Assembly (NCBI GenBank): GCA_937122485.1
Contig: CAKZKH010000189.1
Span: 1 to 21,343, forward strand
Direction: 5' to 3'
Source: an uncultured bacterium
GTDB lineage: Bacteria; Bipolaricaulota; Bipolaricaulia; Bipolaricaulales; Bipolaricaulaceae
DNA length: 21,343 bases
The number at the start of each line of letters is the position of its first letter. Position 1 is the first letter of the stretch. Below are positions 16,753-21,343 of the stretch, piece after piece. Under the pieces are notes generated by a model. It was not told the DNA's origin. It did not search any database and saw only the letters and a list, made by a program, of their open reading frames with translations. The translations under genes were made by a program, and so were the position numbers.

Positions 16753-19121
16753 CGCAAACCTCCTTCATCACCGTCTCCACCGGGGGAATGGGCCCGGTGG
16801 ACCGCAACCCGGGGGCGCACCGGCCGCCATGCCGGCAGCACCCATCTGGGCGGGATCCATGCCAGCACCGCGGGGAGGATGAACAACGCCCCCAGCAGGC
16901 TGGTGATCATGGTGACCGCCACCAGCCACCCAAAGGTCACCAGGGCCCCGAACCGCGACAGCAACATGACCAAGAAGCCCAAGGTGAGCGTCACGGCGTT
17001 GACCACAATGGCCTTGCCGGCAAAGCGGAACGTCTCTTCCAGTCCTTGGGCGTGGGAGAGTCCCTGGCCCCGGGCCCGCCGGTACCGGGCAAGGAAGTGC
17101 ACCGCGTAGTCCACCCCAATCCCCACCGAAAGGCTGGCGATCATGATGGTGGCCATGTCCAAGTAGGCCCCGGCGTAGCCCATGATCCCGAAGTTCCCGC
17201 CCACTGCCACCACCAACGGGACCAACGACAGAAGCCCCGCACCCCAAGAAAGCATGAGGAGGGAAACAATGGCCCCCACCGCGCCAAAGCTCGCCCCCAA
17301 GCTCACCAGCTGAGACCGGATGATCTTCTTGGAAAGCTGGATGTACAGAGCAGGAGAACCCGTGACGTAGTAGGAGACCACGGGGGCCGGCTTCTCTTGG
17401 GCCAAGAACTCCTCCACGGCCTGGGTCAGCTGCTCATAGCCCGACAGCCCCACCGAGCGGACGCGGGCCGAAACCCGGCCCTGGGCAAAGTCCCGGGTGG
17501 CCAGGCTGGACGTGACTTCCCCTCCCCCGGACTCGTAGAGGATGAGGGTCTGGGCCACAGCCCGCGACGTGGTGGGGAGGGTGTAAAAGGCCGGGTCATC
17601 GCCCCTCAACGTGAAGTAGGTCTCCTTCACCAGGTCGGCCAAGGACGAAGTGGCCCCCACCTCCGGCCGGGCCTCCAGGAAAGCCTGCAACCGATCCATG
17701 AACCGCAACACCTCGGGGTCCTTCAGCCCATCCCGCCGCCCGGTGTCCACCACCACCGACAGCTCCTGGCTCCCCCCAAACTGCCGTTCCACGAACCGCA
17801 GGCCCTCAACCACAGGGGAATCGGCGCGAAAGTACTTGGTGAGGTCGGACTCCACCCGGACCCAGGGAACGCCCGCCAGAAGCGCGCCGAGCACGCCCAC
17901 AGCAAGCCCCAAGGTGACCACCGGCCGCCGGGCCAGGAAGCGAGAACTCCGGTCCGCCAACCCGTCAAACCAAGGCACGGAGCGGGTGCGCTTGGGCCGG
18001 GGGGGGAGGAGGGCCAACACCGCCGGGATGAGCGTGAGGGCCAGCACAAACGCCACGACGGTCCCCACAGCAGCGAACAACCCAAACTCCCGTGTGGGAA
18101 CCAGGAACGACGTGAGCAAGGTGAGGAACCCCGCGGCCGTGGTCAAAGCAGCCCCGGCCAGCGGCAGGAGCATCTCCAGGGCCACGCGCTCGGCCAGCTC
18201 CCTTCGCTCCCCCCCAGCCCGGGCAAGCTCGGCGTGATCGTTCACCACGTGAATTCCATAGGCGCTCCCCACCGCCACCAGCAACACAGGCATGAACGTG
18301 GAGATCATCGTGAGCTTTGCTCCCACCAAAGCCATCAGGCCCATCGTCCACACCAAGGCCACCAGGACCACGCCCAAGGGAAGAAGAACGCCTCGCAAGC
18401 TTTGGAAGCTCAGGAACAGCACGGCCACCACCACGGCCACCACCACGGGGAGGAGCAACGCCAAGTCCTGACGCATGTTGCGGTTCACGTACACCAGGAA
18501 GGCCGCGTCCCCGGAGATGTAGAACTTCTCCGGTTGGGCGTACCGGGCCTCCAACGCCTTGAGGTGGTCCAGCACCCGCCCCATCGCTTCCTCGTTGTCC
18601 TCAAGGTCAGGGGTCACCCGGAGGACAATCACGGCTCCGGACCCGTCGGCGCGCACCAGGGTGTCCCGCACCATCCGCTCGGCCAACACCTTCTCCCGGA
18701 ACAGGGCCACGTCCTCCTCGCTCTCGGGGGGACGAGGGAGGATGGGGCGCACGGTGATGGCAGTGGCCGTGCCCTCCACGATTTTGACGGTGGCGGGGGA
18801 AACGACTTCTTCCACCAAACGCTCATCCACCAGCACCTGGAGCTCGGTGGTCAGGGCGTAGAGTTTCCCCAGCGAAGGCAGGTCGAAGATTGTGCCTCCT
18901 TCTTCCGCCGCCATGGCGAACATGAACAGGGACTGGCCTCCAAACACCTCGCGGGCGACCTCGTACTGGGCCACCACAGGGTCCCCCTGGGGGAGCATTT
19001 TGGAGTAGTCGGCTTCGAACCCCAGCCGGGGAAGGAACAAGGCAAACACAGCGGTGATGGCGGCGATCGAGGCCAGCGTGGCTTTGGGGTGACGGATGAG
19101 GAACCGCAGGACCCGGGTCAC
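16749..19121 (-). CDS. MMPL-family RND transporter, 790 aa, a putative lipid or lipoprotein exporter.
   Basis: Twelve-TM topology with two large periplasmic loops. Conserved MMPL blocks include SYGIHVVNDHAE, GVDYAVHFLARYRR and the GxxxD motifs. Confidence 0.9.
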   Translation of the reverse strand: MTRVLRFLIRHPKATLASIAAITAVFALFLPRLGFEADYSKMLPQGDPVVAQYEVAREVFGGQSLFMFAMAAEEGGTIFDLPSLGKLYALTTELQVLVDERLVEEVVSPATVKIVEGTATAITVRPILPRPPESEEDVALFREKVLAERMVRDTLVRADGSGAVIVLRVTPDLEDNEEAMGRVLDHLKALEARYAQPEKFYISGDAAFLVYVNRNMRQDLALLLPVVVAVVVAVLFLSFQSLRGVLLPLGVVLVALVWTMGLMALVGAKLTMISTFMPVLLVAVGSAYGIHVVNDHAELARAGGERRELAERVALEMLLPLAGAALTTAAGFLTLLTSFLVPTREFGLFAAVGTVVAFVLALTLIPAVLALLPPRPKRTRSVPWFDGLADRSSRFLARRPVVTLGLAVGVLGALLAGVPWVRVESDLTKYFRADSPVVEGLRFVERQFGGSQELSVVVDTGRRDGLKDPEVLRFMDRLQAFLEARPEVGATSSLADLVKETYFTLRGDDPAFYTLPTTSRAVAQTLILYESGGGEVTSSLATRDFAQGRVSARVRSVGLSGYEQLTQAVEEFLAQEKPAPVVSYYVTGSPALYIQLSKKIIRSQLVSLGASFGAVGAIVSLLMLSWGAGLLSLVPLVVAVGGNFGIMGYAGAYLDMATIMIASLSVGIGVDYAVHFLARYRRARGQGLSHAQGLEETFRFAGKAIVVNAVTLTLGFLVMLLSRFGALVTFGWLVAVTMITSLLGALFILPAVLAWIPPRWVLPAWRPVRPRVAVHRAHSPGGDGDEGGLR

Positions 19122-19567
19122 TGGGCGTCCACCCCCACCAAATAGTTCAACCGTTGCAGATACCCGGAGAGGAACAGAACGTACACGTCTTCATGCGAGC
19201 CGCGCACCTGCCGTCGGCCCTCGAAGGCCTGCACGAGGCCCCCAGCCAAAGCGTTGTAGGCCTCGGGCAGGGGGTCAGGAAGGTAGTTCACCGGGGCTGG
19301 GGTACAGAACCAAATGAGCTCCGTCTGGGGAGGGATCACAATGGCAAAGACAAAAGGCTCTTCGGTCCACGGTTCGGTAGGGAACCCCGCCAGGGCCTTG
19401 ACGGTGACCAACCCGGTGGCCCGCACGGCCCGCACAAACGCCAAGATCCTCAGGGATTCCTCCATGGTTCCGGTCTGATCCACGATGAGCAGGCGAAGGG
19501 TTTGCTGGCCCAGACTGCCCCATCCCAACGCCAGCAGGGTCACGACCAATGCAAGCGCTTTCCTCAC
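19118..19567 (-). CDS. Secreted hypothetical protein of 149 aa, with a GTG start and signal peptide, lying between TetR and MMPL.
   Basis: VRKALALVVTLLALGWGSLGQQ looks like a signal peptide. GTG 19567 overlaps the TetR stop (GTGA), and the gene's stop overlaps the MMPL ATG. An alternative ATG at 19600 would overlap TetR by 37 nt. Confidence 0.55.
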   Translation of the reverse strand: MRKALALVVTLLALGWGSLGQQTLRLLIVDQTGTMEESLRILAFVRAVRATGLVTVKALAGFPTEPWTEEPFVFAIVIPPQTELIWFCTPAPVNYLPDPLPEAYNALAGGLVQAFEGRRQVRGSHEDVYVLFLSGYLQRLNYLVGVDAQ

Positions 19568-20178
19568 AGAGCCTCCATTTCCGGGCGCAGGCCGCGCCAC
19601 ACCAAGTCCGCCAGTTCCTTGGGCCCCAGGCGGCGGAACTCCCCGGCCACGGCGTCTTCGCCCACCGCGCGGTCGGTTACAGCTTCCACCAGACCCAAGA
19701 GGGCGTAGGCCAGAAACAAAGGGTGGCCTTTACGGATTTCCCCCCGGTCCATGGCCTGGCGGAGAAGGTCGGCCACAATTTGGGCGTACTCCTCCCGCAA
19801 CTGGGCCACAGCCTCCTGCAAGGAAGGAACCTCCGCCCGGCGGGCCCGACCCAGCAGGCCGACCTCCTTGCCCCCGGCCAGGGCCTGGAAGTGGGTGGTC
19901 ATGACCTGGCGGAGAACCTCCACCCCAGGCAAGCCTTGGCGGAGGAGGTGCTGGGCTGCCTGGAGGTACCGCTCGTACTCGGCCCGCACGGCGGCCAAGA
20001 AGATCTGTTCTTTGGAGGGGAAGTAGTGATACAGGGCGCCGATGGACACGCCGGCTGCCCGGGCGATGTCGCGCATCCCCGTGCCATGGAAGCCCAAGCG
20101 GGCAAAGGCGTCACTGGCCGCGGCCATGACGCGTTCCACGAGGGGGAGGTCGCTCTCCGAACGAACGTTCGTTCGCAC
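19564..20178 (-). CDS. TetR/AcrR-family transcriptional regulator of about 204 aa. The start is ambiguous: GTG 20178 is given here, ATG 20127 is the alternative.
   Basis: The HTH GMRDIARAAGVSIGALYHYFPSKEQIF and helix 1 LVERVMAAASDAFARLGF match the TetR N-terminal domain. Comparison with TetR proteins suggests helix 1 begins before the first ATG, which favours GTG 20178. However, the 18-bp palindrome at 20158-20175 would then fall inside codons 2-7. Confidence 0.7.
   Translation of the reverse strand: MRTNVRSESDLPLVERVMAAASDAFARLGFHGTGMRDIARAAGVSIGALYHYFPSKEQIFLAAVRAEYERYLQAAQHLLRQGLPGVEVLRQVMTTHFQALAGGKEVGLLGRARRAEVPSLQEAVAQLREEYAQIVADLLRQAMDRGEIRKGHPLFLAYALLGLVEAVTDRAVGEDAVAGEFRRLGPKELADLVWRGLRPEMEAL
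20158..20175. promoter_or_regulatory. Perfect 18-bp palindrome CGAACGAACGTTCGTTCG, a candidate TetR operator.
   Basis: The sequence is identical to its reverse complement. It is 50% GC in a ~68% GC background. It lies 24 nt after the zinc-ribbon gene stop and 30 nt upstream of the TetR ATG 20127. Confidence 0.5.
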
Positions 20179-20198
20179 GCCCCGTTTGTACCCGCCCT

Positions 20199-20579
20199 CT
20201 ACCTCCCTGTCAAGCCCTCCCCACACGAACTGCACTTCCACACGATTTCCCCGCTCCACAAGTTCCACCGCACCGGAACCAGCACCCCCTTCCCACACTT
20301 CGGGCAGGGAATTCCTAGTTCCACCCCACTCAGCTGTGCTTGAAGCCCGCCCTCCACCCTGGTTGTCCCCCGCATGCTGAGGGCCAGCTCCTGGGGAAAG
20401 CTCAACGTGACCTTGAGCTCGTCCAGCGGGGGAGCGAGCACCCCCGCCTGGATGGAGCCCTCCAGGCGGAGGACGAGTCCCCGCTGCTCAAGGCGCACCA
20501 ACACGAGGAGCAGGCCCGCCAGAAGCCCTACCACAACGAAGACAAGCACCAACCCCAACAGCTTTTCCCAGCGATCCAC
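20199..20579 (-). CDS. Small membrane-anchored protein of 126 aa, with an N-terminal TM helix and a C-terminal zinc-ribbon (CPKC...CSSC).
   Basis: Strong SD AAGGAGGGG lies 5 nt before GTG 20579. The TM segment is LLGLVLVFVVVGLLAGLLLVLV. The metal-binding pattern is C-x2-C-x20-C-x2-C. GC3 is about 83%. Confidence 0.5.
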   Translation of the reverse strand: MDRWEKLLGLVLVFVVVGLLAGLLLVLVRLEQRGLVLRLEGSIQAGVLAPPLDELKVTLSFPQELALSMRGTTRVEGGLQAQLSGVELGIPCPKCGKGVLVPVRWNLWSGEIVWKCSSCGEGLTGR

Positions 20580-20613
20580 GGCCCCTCCTTGGGCAACCCT
20601 GTGCCCAAAAAAG

Positions 20614-20688
20614 CGCGCCCGGGAGGACTCGAACCCCCAACCCTCGGCTCCGAAGGCCGATGCTCTGGTCCTATTGAGCTACGGGCGC
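20614..20688 (-). tRNA. tRNA-Arg, anticodon TCG.
   Basis: Fold: GCGCCCG-TA-GCTC...GAGC-A-TCGGC-CTTCGGA-GCCGA-GGGTT-GGGGG-TTCGAGT-CCTCC-CGGGCGC-G. CCA is not encoded and a U6 run follows. Confidence 0.75.
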
Positions 20689-20765
20689 TGGGAGGAGCGA
20701 CGGGACTTGAACCCGCGACCGCCGCGGCCACAGCGCGGTGCTCTGCCAACTGAGCTACGCTCCCC
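20689..20765 (-). tRNA. tRNA-His (anticodon GTG), with an encoded G-1 and 3' CCA.
   Basis: G(-1)-GGGAGCG-TA-GCTC-AGTTGGCA-GAGC-A-CCGCG-CTGTGGC-CGCGG-CGGTC-GCGGG-TTCAAGT-CCCGT-CGCTCCT-C-CCA. The extra 5' G opposite C73 is the His identity element. Confidence 0.85.
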
Positions 20766-20768
20766 GGG

Positions 20769-20842
20769 TACGCCCGGGAGGACTCGAACCCCCAACCCGT
20801 GGGTTAGAAACCCACCGCTCTGTCCGGTTGAGCTACGGGCGC
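20769..20842 (-). tRNA. tRNA-Arg, anticodon TCT.
   Basis: GCGCCCG-TA-GCTC...GAGC-G-GTGGG-TTTCTAA-CCCAC-GGGTT-GGGGG-TTCGAGT-CCTCC-CGGGCGT-A. The acceptor and T arms are nearly identical to those of the Arg(TCG) gene. Confidence 0.8.
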
Positions 20843-20916
20843 TGGAGCGGGTAACGGGAATCGAACCCGTGTCACTGGCTTGGAAGGCCAGCGCTCTACC
20901 ATTGAGCTATACCCGC
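20843..20916 (-). tRNA. tRNA-Gly (anticodon TCC) with an encoded CCA.
   Basis: GCGGGTA-TA-GCTC-AATGGTA-GAGC-G-CTGGC-CTTCCAA-GCCAG-TGAC-ACGGG-TTCGATT-CCCGT-TACCCGC-T-CCA. Confidence 0.85.
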
Positions 20917-20933
20917 CAACCCAATCTTCGCCT

Positions 20934-20963
20934 ATCTTAGTCCAAGACCGGCAAGAGGGTCAA
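20934..20963 (-). promoter_or_regulatory. Putative sigma-70-type promoter for the minus-strand tRNA array: -35 TTGACC, 18-nt spacer, -10 TAAGAT.
   Basis: On the minus strand it reads TTGACCctcttgccggtcttggacTAAGAT. The -10 ends 17 nt before the tRNA-Gly 5' end. Confidence 0.4.
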
Positions 20964-20991
20964 GGACTGGAGGCGCCGGGCTTCTTGTGCC

Positions 20992-21020
20992 TTGCCGACC
21001 CCCGCCCCGCTGGCTATATT
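20992..21020 (+). promoter_or_regulatory. Putative sigma-70-type promoter for tRNA-Gln/thyX: -35 TTGCCG, 17-nt spacer, -10 TATATT.
   Basis: TTGCCGacccccgccccgctggcTATATT ends 11 nt before the tRNA-Gln 5' end at 21032. Confidence 0.45.
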
Positions 21021-21031
21021 GGGAGGGAGCT

Positions 21032-21103
<72 letters not shown>

Positions 21104-21106
21104 CCC

Positions 21107-21343
21107 GTGGCCCACGTACAGGTCCTTTCCATCACCCCGAACCCCGAGGCCCTCATTGCCCGTTGCGCCCGCGTCTCCCACCGCAGCGAGGCCCGTGCCT
21201 CCCCCCAGTCCGACGCCAAACTGATCCGCCGCCTCATCGAGCTGGGCCACGAATCCGTTTTGGAACTCGCCTCCGCCACCTTCCTCCTTGAGGGCCTGTC
21301 CCGCGCCTGCGCCAACCAACTCACCCGCCACCGCCTGGCCAGC
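21107..21343 (+). CDS. thyX: FAD-dependent thymidylate synthase ThyX, 3'-partial (first 79 codons), with a GTG start.
   Basis: MAHVQVLSITPNPEALIARCARVSHRSE...LIRRLIELGHESVLELASATFLLEGLSRACANQLTRHRLAS contains the ThyX RHRxxS motif and upstream conserved blocks. An in-frame TAG at 21101-21103 means GTG 21107 is the first possible start. Confidence 0.8.
   Translation, partial: MAHVQVLSITPNPEALIARCARVSHRSEARASPQSDAKLIRRLIELGHESVLELASATFLLEGLSRACANQLTRHRLAS

Noticed and set aside
16788-19145. 785-aa plus-strand ORF antisense to the MMPL transporter gene.
   Set aside because: Its translation is rich in His/Gln/Arg/Pro/Gly and has no domain logic, whereas the opposite strand encodes a canonical 12-TM MMPL protein. 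It is an artifact of high GC.
20179-20298. Longest version of the TetR ORF, starting at GTG 20298.
   Set aside because: The extra 40 residues (MWEGGAGSGAVELVERGNRVEVQFVWGG...) are low-complexity. GC3 drops to about 65%, there is no RBS, and the ORF would overlap the zinc-ribbon gene by 100 nt.

Overview
This is a high-GC (~68%) bacterial chromosomal segment. Codon third positions are almost all G/C, Shine-Dalgarno sites read GGAGGTGA, and there are several 4-nt ATGA/GTGA gene overlaps plus apparently leaderless promoters. These traits fit a Thermus/Deinococcus-like organism, but that is inference. The content is largely housekeeping, with some accessory-looking genes. Left to right: a glycine-rich ORF fragment and a Cys-rich lipoprotein; a minus-strand NAD-salvage cluster (flavin reductase, a 574-aa uridine-kinase-family kinase, pncA, pncB); a macro-domain protein; a zincin-HEPN fusion gene; a divergent 654-aa flotillin (SPFH) gene; a nitrilase-superfamily hydrolase; xth; a strongly signalled 20-codon small ORF on the minus strand between xth and ddl; ddl; an MBL-fold hydrolase; an aminotransferase; tlyA; a DUF401 membrane protein; a TetR-regulated minus-strand operon (TetR, secreted protein, MMPL transporter, LolA-like protein) with a perfect 18-bp palindromic operator candidate; a small membrane-anchored zinc-ribbon protein; four abutting minus-strand tRNA genes (Gly-Arg-His-Arg); and a divergent tRNA-Gln followed 3 nt later by the start of thyX. 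There is no CRISPR array and no obvious mobile element. The most unusual items are the small ORF with canonical SD and terminator, the zincin-HEPN fusion next to a macro-domain gene and NAD salvage, the TetR palindrome and start-site ambiguity, and the tRNA-Gln/thyX junction.
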